Shown: positions 37,674 to 47,966 of the stretch, piece by piece
Numbering within the stretch: position 1 is the first letter of the stretch
How the letters are laid out: every line of letters starts with the position of its first letter
Origin: Spirochaetia bacterium
Lineage (GTDB): Bacteria > Spirochaetota > Spirochaetia > SZUA-6 > Bin103
Assembly (NCBI GenBank): GCA_965203905.1
Contig: CBDBDQ010000005.1
Span: 6,496,001 to 6,560,000 of the forward strand
Direction: 5' to 3'
DNA length: 64,000 nt
Translations under genes and position numbers: made by a program
Notes under the pieces: generated by a model
What the model saw: only the letters and a program-made list of their open reading frames with translations
Database searches by the model: none
Told to the model about the DNA's origin: nothing

Positions 37674-39100
37674 TCAGCGGATGGGACGAGATCCCCCTTT
37701 GCGACCGAGGCCGTAGCCAACCCGGTATACCTCCGGGACGTTCAGCCGGCCGTCGAGCAGCCGCTGGAAGACACCCAACGACTCCAGGTCCAGCCGCACG
37801 CCGTCGAACCCCTCATCCACATGGTGCGGGGGAAGCCGTTGCTCAGCATCCCTCTGCAGGCGATCCAGTACGTTCTCGGCACGCCAGCACTCCGTCACCT
37901 CGTCGAACGCACACGGAACCATCAGCCCCGCAAGTGGCGTCATTACCTGGTCCAACCATGGATAGTCCGCCCGCAGCTCACCGACGCGGATCGTGGCAGC
38001 CTCCTGGACGCCGCGCCGGATGCCGTCGTAGTGCAGAGCGTATGGGTGCGTCGGGTGTTCAAGCACCGTGTACTCGGCAGCCCTGCGCAAGGCGGCGAGG
38101 AACGAACGGGGACTCACCCGTCTCTCGGCGTCCTGGAGATGGCTGGTAATCCAGGTGTATGGCTCGCCGCGTTTAGGGCCCGGTCCCATCGCCGGACCGG
38201 CGATCGTCCGGAACGTACGGCGTTGCCGCTCCTCGGTGACGATCTCTCGCGGAACCGGAAATAAGGAGTGTTCGCCAACGTCCACCGCAGACCACCGGTC
38301 ACCTCCGAGGAACGTGCGCATACGAGCGCCGTTGCGCCCATTCCCGAGGCAGTGCCACAGCAGGCCGTACAGCTCCCGACGGGGCCAGTTCAACTGCACG
38401 GCTGAGGCCAGAACTCCCGAGGCATCTGGGAGGTCCTCGAGCTTGCATCCTGCAACTTGTTCGGCACGCAGAAACACCTTCACGCGAAGTCTCCGGTACG
38501 CACGCATCTGGAGCGCGACTTGCACCAAGCCGCGGATTATCCGACACATTTGCTGCCAATCGTCGGCACACCGATCCAGAGCATCGAAGAGGATCATGAG
38601 GTGCGCACCGTTCCGGTCAAGCTGCGAATCCCGCTCTCGAAACAGTCGCTCGATCGTCTCGGGATCGTCACGAACAAAGATAGTACGCTGCAGCCAGGTA
38701 CACCGGTTCCGTAGCGGATGAGTGTCCTGCGCAAGTTGCCACGCACACACCGTTCTCCATACGATTCCGGACTCGATGCCATGGGCAATGAGGTCCGTCA
38801 GCAGGTCCTTCCCCGGGTACTCGTCCGGCGCCGGCCTGACACCGAACCCCACACGCACCTCCGCAGCCGCGGTGTGTCCGCCAACCAGGCGGCGCGCAGC
38901 CTCGTCCTGAAGCGCACTCCACCAGAAGGTCTTTCCGAGCCCGGCATGCCGGTCACGAGCATACTGTTCGGATGCATCGCCTTCAGGTGAGAGCGCGGCA
39001 GGTGCACCTGTAGTGGGGCCGGCGACGCGACATGGTCGGTGCCTTTCGGCAAACCGGCGAGCGCTGCGCGTATCTGTTTCGTGGCGTCGCCGCCGGCCAC
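37674..39100 (-). pseudogene. P-loop NTPase (Sll1717-like), frameshift within Walker A
   Basis: VTGMPGS then shifted KTFWW near 38935; ILFDALD, VFLR, SPRSFL; GTG overlaps upstream stop. Confidence 0.75.
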
Positions 39101-40392
39101 TACGCGGCTCCGTTGCCGTTGACCAGCGCGTCGAAGCGTTCGAAGAACTGCAAGTAGGCCTGACTCACGACCTCCCGCTCCGGATAGTGCAACGAAGTAT
39201 CGCCGGCAAGGCCTGGCGTCCAATGTATGGGAATAGGATCGTGTGGCGCATCTTCCTCGAACAGATCGAATGAGTAACTGCCATCGTGATCACTGGAAGT
39301 ACCCCCTGCTTCATAGAGGTAGTCTCGGAACAGATCCCAGGCTCGTTCTCGAAACTGTTGCAGGTAACGGTCTTTGTACTCCCCATACGGCGTCAATGCG
39401 GACACGATGGCAAGCCGGTCCCTGATTCTTGGTGCCAATCCGTGGTTCCGCCAGTGTCGGAACAGCATCTCGTAGTCGGTCCAATGGCTGTCGGAGTTCA
39501 TGGCGAACAAGAGAACCTGCGCATCCACGTCGGTGACGGTCGCGGCGGCGATGTCGTGCAGGCCGCTGCGGCTTTCCAGAAGCACGATCGATGGCTCGTG
39601 CTTCTCTTCGAGCTGTGCCAGCATGCGTCCAAGGCGTGTTGTCCAGGGTCCTTCGTGGTCCAGGTAGACGCGGCCCAGCTTGGCCAGATATTCGCCCGGT
39701 TCGCGGCCGTGAGCGGGCACTACGTGCACCTCTCCGTCGAAGTCCAGTAGCCAGGGCGGGAAGGATGTCATTTGGTCAATTACGTGACCGCCCTGTCCCA
39801 CCAAGTCCTCCACGAACCAGTCAGTGACGCCGAATCGCGGCAACTCCTGTTCATCCAGCATCGCGGATGACAACCCCGGAGACTCCAGATCAAGATCGAC
39901 AACCAGAACACGCTCGCCCTTCTGCGCCAGATGCCATGCAAGAACGACTGCGGAAGTGCTTCGTCCGACGCCTCCCTTGATCGAATAGAGGGTATACCGC
40001 TTCGCTTTCCCCGGCGGCGATGAGTCCCGAACCGTCCCCCAGTCGCTGCCCGTAACCTGACGATCGACCCAGAACACGGGAACGTCCACGTGGATCTCGT
40101 GCGCTCCGTCGCGAAGGTACTCCAACATATCCGAGTCTACAGCGAGCACGGCATCGTCCGCGGGGTAACCGTGCGCTCCCAACACCGGCTGCAAGTTCTC
40201 GGCGAGGCGACGTACGGCCGCTTGAGCTGCCGCATCATCCTCAACTACGTCAGAGACTGACACACGGACCTTCCCGAACAGATCACGCACCAGGAAAACA
40301 CCGTCGATCGCCCCCAACGAAGCTCCCAAGGCCGTAAGGACGCTGGAGACCTCCTTGCGTATGCTGTCGAACGGAACGAACTCGTCACTCAC
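39100..40392 (-). CDS. ParA/MinD-like ATPase with KGGVGR motif
   Basis: LYSIKGGVGRS, VVDLDLESPGL, LLESRSGL; N-terminal VRDLFG domain. Confidence 0.85.
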   Translation of the reverse strand: MSDEFVPFDSIRKEVSSVLTALGASLGAIDGVFLVRDLFGKVRVSVSDVVEDDAAAQAAVRRLAENLQPVLGAHGYPADDAVLAVDSDMLEYLRDGAHEIHVDVPVFWVDRQVTGSDWGTVRDSSPPGKAKRYTLYSIKGGVGRSTSAVVLAWHLAQKGERVLVVDLDLESPGLSSAMLDEQELPRFGVTDWFVEDLVGQGGHVIDQMTSFPPWLLDFDGEVHVVPAHGREPGEYLAKLGRVYLDHEGPWTTRLGRMLAQLEEKHEPSIVLLESRSGLHDIAAATVTDVDAQVLLFAMNSDSHWTDYEMLFRHWRNHGLAPRIRDRLAIVSALTPYGEYKDRYLQQFRERAWDLFRDYLYEAGGTSSDHDGSYSFDLFEEDAPHDPIPIHWTPGLAGDTSLHYPEREVVSQAYLQFFERFDALVNGNGAA

Positions 40393-40560
40393 AGGTTCCC
40401 ATCCACCTTCGCCTGTTGAATCATCTGGTACACCCTTTGAGCGGCCTTGCGATGAGAATCCGCCCGCGCGCGGTTGAAGTGGTGACCGGAAGCATAACGG
40501 TCGCTAATCGACCAGTCAGTGAACGGATCCCGGTTCGGTAACAGACGCAGATATCGTCCC
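40389..40560 (-). pseudogene. C-terminal remnant of the first gene of the ParA-like module (HEPN-like)
   Basis: DPFTDWSISDRY..SHRKAAQRV..GNL-stop with GTGA overlap; abuts ALS stop. Confidence 0.55.
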
Positions 40561-40561
40561 C

Positions 40562-42196
40562 TCAGATCGGGCAGATCAGGGCGCCGAGGTGCTCCATCAT
40601 GCGCAGGTTCTCGGTGTAGTCGACCGGGCAGTCGATCACCGCCGGGCGGCCGCAGGCCAGGGCCTCGCGCAGGATCGGCTGCAGCTCGCCGGCGGCGGCC
40701 ACGCGGTAGCCGGCGGCGCCGAAGCTCTGCGCATACTGCACGAAGTCGGGGTTGCCGAAATTGATGTGCGAGGTGCGGCCGAACTTCCCCTGCTGCTTCA
40801 TGCCGATCAGGCTGTAGCTGTTGTCGTGGAACACCAGGGTGACGAACGGGACCTGCTCGCGCACGGCGGTCTCCAACTCCTGGGAGTTCATCAGGAAGCC
40901 GCCGTCGCCGGTCACCGTGACCACGTTGCGCTCCGGGTACAGCAGCTTGGCGGCCAGCGCACCCGGCACGCCGATGCCCATGGAAGCGAAGCCGTTGGAG
41001 ATGATGCAGGTGTTGGGCTGGTAACAGGGATAGAGGCGGGAGATCCACATCTTGTGCGCCCCCACGTCGGAGACCAGGATGTCGGCGCTGCCGAGCACCG
41101 TGCGCAGGTCGCCGAGCACCCGCTGCGGCTTCATGGGAAACGCGGTGTCGTCCTGGAACCGGTCGCGTTCCTGCACGATCACCTGGCGCAGCCCGCGCAC
41201 GTAGCCGTCCGCCTGGCAGGGCTGCGCCCGCTCGGCGATGCGCTCCAGCGCCATCGAGATATCTCCCAGCACGCCCACTCCGACGATGTAGTGCTGGTCC
41301 ACCTCGGCCGGGAGCTGGTCGACGTGGACGATGGTCTTGTCGCCCTCCGGATTCCACCGCTCCGGGGCGTACTCGACCAGGTCGTAGCCGACCGCGATCA
41401 CCACGTCGGCGCGGTCGAAGCCGCAGGAGACGTAGTCGCGTGCCTGCAGCCCGCAGGTGAGCAGCGACAGCGGGTGGTCGTCGCGCAGCACCCCCTTGCC
41501 CATGAAGGTCTCGGCCACCGGAATGTTGAGCTTCTCGGCAAAACGGGTCAGCGCGGCGCCGGCTTCCTGGCGCACCACGCCGTTGCCGGCCAGGATGATC
41601 GGCGACCTGGCGGCGGAGATGAGGCTGGCCGCGCGCTCGATCTGCTCCGCCTGCGGCTCGGGCCGCGGCGGGAACTGCGCCAGCAGCGGCGCACCGGGGG
41701 TATCTTCCCCGGCCAGATCCTCGGGAAAGTCGATGTGGGTGGCGCCCGGCTTCTCGGTCTGCGCCACCTTGAATGCCTTGCGCACGATCTCCGGGATGAT
41801 GCGCCCGGTCTTGATCTGGGCGTTCCACTTGGTGACCGGGCGGAACGTCTCCACCACGTCGATGTGCTGGTGCGACTCCTTGTGCATGCGGTCGAGCGAG
41901 GCCTGACCGGTGATGGCCACCACTGGCGCGCCATCCATGTTGGCGTCGGCCACCCCGGTGAGCAGGTTGGTGGCGCCGGGCCCCAGGGTGGACAGGCACA
42001 CCCCGGCCTTGCCGCTCAGGCGGCCGTAGACGTCGGCCATGAAGGCGCCGCCCTGCTCGTGGCGTACCCCGATGAAGCGGATGCCGGAGTCGAGCAGGGC
42101 ATCCATCACGTCGAGGTTCTCCTCGCCCGGCAGACCGAAGATGAACTCCACCTTCTCGTTCTCCAGACAGCGCACCAGCAGCTCGGCAGCCTTCAT
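40562..42196 (-). CDS. Acetolactate synthase large-subunit family (ThDP enzyme)
   Basis: FGLPGEE, RHEQ, TLGPGATN, GDGGFLMN. Confidence 0.95.
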   Translation of the reverse strand: MKAAELLVRCLENEKVEFIFGLPGEENLDVMDALLDSGIRFIGVRHEQGGAFMADVYGRLSGKAGVCLSTLGPGATNLLTGVADANMDGAPVVAITGQASLDRMHKESHQHIDVVETFRPVTKWNAQIKTGRIIPEIVRKAFKVAQTEKPGATHIDFPEDLAGEDTPGAPLLAQFPPRPEPQAEQIERAASLISAARSPIILAGNGVVRQEAGAALTRFAEKLNIPVAETFMGKGVLRDDHPLSLLTCGLQARDYVSCGFDRADVVIAVGYDLVEYAPERWNPEGDKTIVHVDQLPAEVDQHYIVGVGVLGDISMALERIAERAQPCQADGYVRGLRQVIVQERDRFQDDTAFPMKPQRVLGDLRTVLGSADILVSDVGAHKMWISRLYPCYQPNTCIISNGFASMGIGVPGALAAKLLYPERNVVTVTGDGGFLMNSQELETAVREQVPFVTLVFHDNSYSLIGMKQQGKFGRTSHINFGNPDFVQYAQSFGAAGYRVAAAGELQPILREALACGRPAVIDCPVDYTENLRMMEHLGALICPI

Positions 42197-42198
42197 CG

Positions 42199-43329
42199 TC
42201 ACAGCTCGCACCAGGTGCCCATCACGCGGGTCACGCCGGCGCCGTCCTGGCCGTAGTAGATGGTGAACAGCCGCCCCGGGGCGTACTCCACGCTGGTGGG
42301 GTAGCCGAGGTCGCCGTTGGGCAGGTCGTCGCGCAGCACGATCTCCTGCTGCAGCAGCCAGCTGCGGCCGCCGTCGGCGGACAGGCACGCGCGGATCCCG
42401 AACGGCGCCTCGCGGCGGCCGTAGGTGCACAGCACGCGGCCGTCGGCCAGCAGCACCAGCTGGCCGGGGTGGCCGTCGATGGGGGTCTGCTCGGGTGCGC
42501 TCCAGGTGGCGCCGCCGTCGCTGGAGCGGCAGGTGTGCAGGTACCCGGTGCGCATCGAGTCGCGCAGCACGCACAGCAGCTCGCCGGGAGCCACCTCCAG
42601 CACGTCCGGCTCGCCGAACTGCAGGCGCGGGTCGTCCACCACCACCCGCGGCGGGTCCCAGGTGACGCCGTCATCGGCCGACAGCAGCAGGTAGGTGAAG
42701 CGGTTGTGGGGCGGGTGGTGCTCGGTGACCACGTACGCCAGGCGTCCGTCTTCCAGCACCCGCGGCCCCACCCGGGTGTAGCCGTCGCGATACGGCTCCA
42801 CCGCGATGCGCACCGTCTGGTCGTAGGTGCGGCCGCCGTCGCCGCTGCGATGCAGGTAGAGGCCGTGGTAGCCGCGCGCCCAGGTTTGCTGCGAGCGCTG
42901 CCAGTCGCCCTCGTCGAACTCCTCGGTCCAGCCGCGCAGCGGCAGCGAGAGGGAAATCCGCTCCCCCGCCTGCCAGCGCTGCCGCGCCTCGCCCAGCGGG
43001 TACCAGCCGAAGCGGAACTGGGCCAGCAGCAGGGTGCCCTGGGCGGTCTGCACCACGCCGGGACACTCGGTGCCCGACCAGTCGAAGCCGGGCGCGAAGG
43101 TGGGCGCCTCCCAGGTCCGGCCCTGGTCCACGCTGCGGGTGGTGATGGTGCGGAACAGGGGATCGGAGGGCGGATGCATGCGCGGCTTGCGCCGCCGCGA
43201 GTGGTTGAACGCCGCCAGCCAGGCGCCGTCCGGGTCGTCCCCGCCGGCGCGGATCAGCGCCAGCGACGGATGCGAGATGTAGGCCCAGGGATCGCGGTGG
43301 ATCACCACCGTGTCGCCGACACGCGCCAC
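42199..43329 (-). CDS. Sialidase-family (BNR/Asp-box) protein
   Basis: Asp boxes SVDQGRTW, SGDGGRTY, SADDGVTW, SSDGGATW, SADGGRSW; start uncertain. Confidence 0.88.
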   Translation of the reverse strand: MARVGDTVVIHRDPWAYISHPSLALIRAGGDDPDGAWLAAFNHSRRRKPRMHPPSDPLFRTITTRSVDQGRTWEAPTFAPGFDWSGTECPGVVQTAQGTLLLAQFRFGWYPLGEARQRWQAGERISLSLPLRGWTEEFDEGDWQRSQQTWARGYHGLYLHRSGDGGRTYDQTVRIAVEPYRDGYTRVGPRVLEDGRLAYVVTEHHPPHNRFTYLLLSADDGVTWDPPRVVVDDPRLQFGEPDVLEVAPGELLCVLRDSMRTGYLHTCRSSDGGATWSAPEQTPIDGHPGQLVLLADGRVLCTYGRREAPFGIRACLSADGGRSWLLQQEIVLRDDLPNGDLGYPTSVEYAPGRLFTIYYGQDGAGVTRVMGTWCEL

Positions 43330-43489
43330 CGCTACTCTCCCACGCAACGAGCCGATCCGAGCGACACGCCGCGAACGACGATTCCGTACCACATGGGTTG
43401 CACTATATCACGCGCCAGACTGCACAGGCTGATGGCCGATGCAGGCGAGTCGTTGACACGAAGCAACAAATGACCTATGGATTCCACCA

Positions 43490-43639
43490 TGCATCGCTTC
43501 GGGACACCGGTGGGGCTACATGCGTTGCGGTGAATCCAGTCGATCCGGCTGCCAGGCTTCAATCTGGTCAACGCCAAGAAATCCTGGCAACCACGCGGCA
43601 CAGCTTCGCCGGGCGCTCCGGCGATGCCCGCACAGGTAA
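43490..43639 (+). pseudogene. HicA-like toxin remnant, 5' part missing
   Basis: SGHRWGYMRC..GCQASIWSTPRNPGNHA..RRCPH-stop; in-frame TGA upstream at 43454. Confidence 0.6.
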
Positions 43640-43684
43640 GCCGAGCCCGGTACGGTGGCGGTGTGGATTCTGGTGTAGGGATAG

Positions 43685-44221
43685 ATGGCGGTATTTCAGT
43701 TTACGCTGATTGTGACCGGCCCCGATCTGCAGAGTGAGAGCGTAGCCGAAGCGGTGTATCAGGCCGGCTGCGACGATGCCCTTGTCGGCCGCACCGACGG
43801 GGTACAGTACCTGGACTTCGACCGGGAGGCGCCTAGTCTCGAGACGGCGATTCTATCGGCCATCAGCGACGCTGAGAGCATCCCCGGCGTTGAGGTGATC
43901 CGGTTAGCCGGCGGTGGGCTCGTCTCGATGGCCGACATCGCGGCCCGCACGGGGCGCACTCGCGAGAGCGTCCGTCTCCTGATCGTGAATCAGCGGGGAC
44001 CGGGCGGTTTCCCACCACCCGTGACTGACCCCCGTACGCGCTACCGGCTGTGGCGCTGGTCCGAAGTCCAGCGGTGGTTCGAGATCAACTACGGCCGTGT
44101 GCCGATCCGCGTCGACGATCGGGTTGCCGCGGCGGTAAACGCAGGTCTGGAGTTGCGGCAACACATCCGCTCCATGGAAACCGAGCAAAAAGCGAAGCTC
44201 AGTCAACTCATCGGCCTCTGA
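43685..44221 (+). CDS. HicB-like/HTH DNA-binding protein
   Basis: FDREAPSLETAILSA; DIAARTGRTRESVR; FPPP..WRWSEV. Confidence 0.75.
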   Translation: MAVFQFTLIVTGPDLQSESVAEAVYQAGCDDALVGRTDGVQYLDFDREAPSLETAILSAISDAESIPGVEVIRLAGGGLVSMADIAARTGRTRESVRLLIVNQRGPGGFPPPVTDPRTRYRLWRWSEVQRWFEINYGRVPIRVDDRVAAAVNAGLELRQHIRSMETEQKAKLSQLIGL

Positions 44222-44255
44222 TCCTCTGAGCATCGTGCCGTCGCTTACGCCTCGA

Positions 44256-44957
44256 TCAGCGCAGCAGCAGGTCGGCCAGCTCGTCGAAGTCGGTCACCGT
44301 GGCGTCGGGCAGGAACTGGGGCGCGGTCTCCTCGAAGGGCAGCCGGTAGCGGTCGACGTAGACGCCGCGCAGGCCACAGGTGCGGGCGCCGAGCACATCG
44401 AAGCTGTTGGCCGACACCATGAGCAGCTCCCCCACCTCCAGCCCCAGTACAAAGGCGGCGGCACGGTACACGGCAGGATGCGGCTTGAAGGCGCCGACCG
44501 TGTCGACAGAGATCACGGCGGCGAAGTCGAAGCGGATGCGGTTGGCGGTCAGGTGCTCCAGAAACGGGGCGTCGCCGTTGGAGAGGGCCACCAGCTCAAA
44601 GCGCTCCTGCAGCCGCTCCAGGTTGGCGCGGCACTCGGGGAAGGGGCTGAGCTGCTGCCAGGCGGCCAGGTAGGCGTCGGTCTCGGCCGCGGTTGGCGTG
44701 AGCCCGTGGGCTCGCGCCACGTAGCTGAAGGCGCGGCGCACGGTCTCCAGGTAGCCGCCGTGGCCCAGCAGCATGAGGCTGTCCTGGTACTGCTCGATCC
44801 GCTGCCGGTAGCGGAGCTGCTGCCAGAACGCCGCCGCGTCCACGCCGCCACGGCCGCGCAGGAACGCCTCCAGCGCCGGCCGCAGGCTGCCGCCCAGGTC
44901 GAGCACGGTTCCGAACAGGTCGAAGGCAATCGCTTCACAGCCGTGCAGATCACTCAT
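44256..44957 (-). CDS. Haloacid dehalogenase type II
   Basis: FDLFGTV, LSNG, FKPHPAVY, VSANSFD. Confidence 0.92.
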   Translation of the reverse strand: MSDLHGCEAIAFDLFGTVLDLGGSLRPALEAFLRGRGGVDAAAFWQQLRYRQRIEQYQDSLMLLGHGGYLETVRRAFSYVARAHGLTPTAAETDAYLAAWQQLSPFPECRANLERLQERFELVALSNGDAPFLEHLTANRIRFDFAAVISVDTVGAFKPHPAVYRAAAFVLGLEVGELLMVSANSFDVLGARTCGLRGVYVDRYRLPFEETAPQFLPDATVTDFDELADLLLR

Positions 44958-45033
44958 CGCCCCGCAACTATACCACGCGCCTCACGCCGGCCGTGATGGC
45001 GCCGGACGCCTGAAGACCGGTTGCAGTGCGCGC

Positions 45034-45402
45034 TCACAACTTGGCGATCAGGTCGTAGTGTCCGTCATAGTGCAGGAGTGACACGCCGTGATGGCGTGCG
45101 CACGAGGCGACGAGCAGATCGGTGGCGGGAACGGTAATGCCCTGCTCGCGCGCTCCAGCGGAGAGCGCAACCGCGCGGTCCCATACCGCGGCGTCCATGG
45201 TCAGAGAAGGCAGACTCGCTTCCATCTCCGTCAGCACGGCTCGCTCTGCCGTACCCCGAGCGCCGTTCCAGAGTTCGAGCCGTACCAGCGGACACCAGGC
45301 ACCATCGCCCGCGGAAAGGAGCATCTCCACCTGCCCGCGGATAGCCGCGTCGCCGCCGTGCTGAAGCTGTTCGATCCACGCCGAAGTATCGATCAGCGTC
45401 AT
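45034..45402 (-). CDS. vapC: VapC PIN toxin
   Basis: LIDTSAWI, VRLEL, TDLLVA, LLHYDGHY. Confidence 0.9.
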   Translation of the reverse strand: MTLIDTSAWIEQLQHGGDAAIRGQVEMLLSAGDGAWCPLVRLELWNGARGTAERAVLTEMEASLPSLTMDAAVWDRAVALSAGAREQGITVPATDLLVASCARHHGVSLLHYDGHYDLIAKL

Positions 45403-45409
45403 GTCAATT

Positions 45410-45628
45410 TCACCCGGCGGAACTGCCGCGGTCGTTCACCTCCGCAGCCTCGAGCGTCTCGTTGTCGACGAAGTCACAGGTGCCGGAGAAGCGAATCAGC
45501 CGCGCCATCCGCTGTCGCCGGTTGAACTCCCGCAAGGCGGTGACCACCGCTTCGCGCTTGGACTTTGCGTTCAGGAACCTCATCGCTTCCAAGAGCTCGC
45601 TCTCGGGAATATCAATCGTAGTCTTCAT
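45410..45628 (-). CDS. vapB: VapB antitoxin (DUF2191-like)
   Basis: MKTTIDIP..LLEAM..KREAVVTALRE; directly upstream of vapC. Confidence 0.9.
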   Translation of the reverse strand: MKTTIDIPESELLEAMRFLNAKSKREAVVTALREFNRRQRMARLIRFSGTCDFVDNETLEAAEVNDRGSSAG

Positions 45629-45876
45629 ACATCCATTTTAAGGACCGTGGGACATAATCACAAGGCAATTACAGATTCCTAAGCGACAACGACCTGCGGC
45701 TGGTGAAACGGCTGGTGCGGCTGGGGGAGCGACCGAGCGCGCCGACCAGGACGTGACCAGCCTGCTGCTGGGCGCGAATCTGTTCAGTATCGGCGAGTCG
45801 GACGACGACGGCGACGAGCAAGCGGTCGTGGCTTTGACCGCTTTGACCGCGCTGTCGAACGCCCATACTGTACCCC

Positions 45877-47295
45877 GTGATGACTGCTTCCGACTCTCCC
45901 AAGCCGCCCAACGTGCTGTGGATCTGCACCGACCAGCAGCGCTGGGACACCGTTGCCGCGCTCGGCAACCGCCACATCAACACGCCGAACATCGACCGCC
46001 TGGTGGCGGAAGGCACCGCCTGCACCAATGCCTACTGCCAGAGCCCGATCTGCACGCCCAGCCGGGCCAGCTTCCTCACCGGCTGCTACCCGAGCACCGT
46101 GCACGGCTGCAGCAACGGCAACGAGTACTGGGCCGAGGCGGCGCCGCTGGTGACGAAACTGCTGGCGGACGCCGGCTACTGCTGCGGGCTGGCCGGAAAG
46201 CTGCACCTGGCCGGCAGCGCCGGCCGCATCGAGCCGCGCCCGCGCGACGACGGCTACACCGTGTTCCAATGGAGCCACGACCCGCGCGACAAGTGGCCCG
46301 CGGGCCACGCCTACCGCGACTGGGTGGCGGCGCGCGGCAAACACCTCGGCCGCACCTACGCCGAGCTCGGCTACCACCCGTCGGAGCTGCACCAGACCAC
46401 CTTCTGCGCCGACCAGGCGATCGCGTTCATGGAGCACGAGTGGCACCAGCCGTGGCTGATGAGCGTCAACATCTTCGACCCGCACGCGCCGTTCGATCCG
46501 CCTCCGGAGTACCTGGAGCGGTACGATCCCGCCTCGCTGCCGCCTCCCGCCTACCGCCCCGCCGACCTCGCGGCCCAGGAGAAGCTGACCGGCGTGGACT
46601 TCCAGACCAAGGCGCAGGATCCCGCGGCCTTCGACGCCCAGCACAAGATCGCCGCCTACTACGCGATGATCGAGCTGATCGACCACAACGTGGGGCGCAT
46701 GCTGGCGGCCCTGGAGCGCACCGGCCAGGCCGACAACACCCTGGTGATCTTCACCAGCGACCACGGCGAGATGCTGGGAGACCACGGGCTGCTGCTCAAG
46801 GGCTGCCGTTTCTACGAGGGGCTGGTGCACGTGCCGCTGATTCTGCGCTGGCCCGGCCGGATCAGGGCCGGTGCGACGACCGACGCCCTGGTGGAGCTCA
46901 CCGATCTGGCCCCCAGCCTGCTGGATGCCGCCGGCCTGGAAGTGCCGCGCCACATGGCCGGGCGCTCGCTGCTGCCACTGCTGCGCGGCACCGCCACCGA
47001 GCATCGCGACGCCGTGCGCTGCGAGTACTACGAGGCCCTGAGCATGGCCGCCCGCGACCGCGCCGGCTGGTCCAACACCCGCGCCTCCATGATCCGCGAC
47101 CGCCGCTACAAGCTGGCCGTATACCACGGCCACCCCACTGGCGAGCTGTTCGACCTGGAGACCGACCCCCACGAGCACGACAACCTGTGGGACAGCGCGC
47201 GCCACGCGGAGATCCGCTTCGACCTGCTGCGCCGCTGCTTCGACGCCACCGCCTTCGCCATCGACACCGGCCCGGAGGCGACGCGCGGGCACTGA
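45877..47295 (+). CDS. Cys-type sulfatase, close paralog of 676-2118
   Basis: PNVLWICTDQQR, CTPSRASFLTG, ELHQTT, KGCRFYEG. Confidence 0.95.
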   Translation: MMTASDSPKPPNVLWICTDQQRWDTVAALGNRHINTPNIDRLVAEGTACTNAYCQSPICTPSRASFLTGCYPSTVHGCSNGNEYWAEAAPLVTKLLADAGYCCGLAGKLHLAGSAGRIEPRPRDDGYTVFQWSHDPRDKWPAGHAYRDWVAARGKHLGRTYAELGYHPSELHQTTFCADQAIAFMEHEWHQPWLMSVNIFDPHAPFDPPPEYLERYDPASLPPPAYRPADLAAQEKLTGVDFQTKAQDPAAFDAQHKIAAYYAMIELIDHNVGRMLAALERTGQADNTLVIFTSDHGEMLGDHGLLLKGCRFYEGLVHVPLILRWPGRIRAGATTDALVELTDLAPSLLDAAGLEVPRHMAGRSLLPLLRGTATEHRDAVRCEYYEALSMAARDRAGWSNTRASMIRDRRYKLAVYHGHPTGELFDLETDPHEHDNLWDSARHAEIRFDLLRRCFDATAFAIDTGPEATRGH

Positions 47296-47310
47296 GGAAC
47301 TGGGGACCGA

Positions 47311-47952
47311 CTACTTGGCGTCCGGGTCGAGGTCGATGCCGAAGATGTCGCCGAGCTGATCCTCGGCCAGGGTGTCGGCGCCGGCTGCGGTGGCGCCTTC
47401 GGGCAACACTGTCGCCGCGTTGATCAGCTCCGCGGGGTCGACGCCGCGCAGGCGAAACAGCAGCTCCGGGCTGTCGTCGAGGCGGTTGCCCACGCCGTAG
47501 AGCACCGCCGCCACGTGCTTGCACATGGTCGCCCAGTCGGGGCAACTGCACTTCAGTTCGATCTGGCGCGGTTTCGGGAACAGGCCGCGGTCGGGATCGG
47601 AGACCACCTCCATCACCTGGTCGGAAAGCGATCCCCGGAGCAGTTCCAGGAGCGAGGCGATCTGCCCCGAGCACGCGCTCCGGATCGCCTTCCAGGTCGC
47701 CGCCGGCAGCGGCTTCACACGGATGGTGACCTGGTAGGGGCGGGGCCGTGAACCCTTGACCTGCGCTTCGATGCGACCCTCATCGATGTCGAGCTGCCAG
47801 ATCGAGCCATGACGGGCGTAGGTGCGGCCGCGCGGGAGGCGGTTGGCGAAGTCGGAGAACGACTCCAGGTGCGCACACCAGCGCTTGCCCCAGAAACTGC
47901 GCGCGATCATGCGGCCTTGGATCCGGATGGGGCGCAACGGTCGCTTCGCCAT
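47311..47952 (-). CDS. SWIM zinc-finger protein
   Basis: NRLPRGRTYAR, CSCPDWATMCKHVAA. Confidence 0.92.
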   Translation of the reverse strand: MAKRPLRPIRIQGRMIARSFWGKRWCAHLESFSDFANRLPRGRTYARHGSIWQLDIDEGRIEAQVKGSRPRPYQVTIRVKPLPAATWKAIRSACSGQIASLLELLRGSLSDQVMEVVSDPDRGLFPKPRQIELKCSCPDWATMCKHVAAVLYGVGNRLDDSPELLFRLRGVDPAELINAATVLPEGATAAGADTLAEDQLGDIFGIDLDPDAK

Positions 47953-47966
47953 GGATGCCACCGAAG

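Noticed and set aside
39100-40392. Chromosome or plasmid partition locus
   Set aside because: No parB or parS; extra domains and coupled NTPase point elsewhere
45670-45876. Coding-like scrap upstream of the sulfatase
   Set aside because: No assignable family or clear frame
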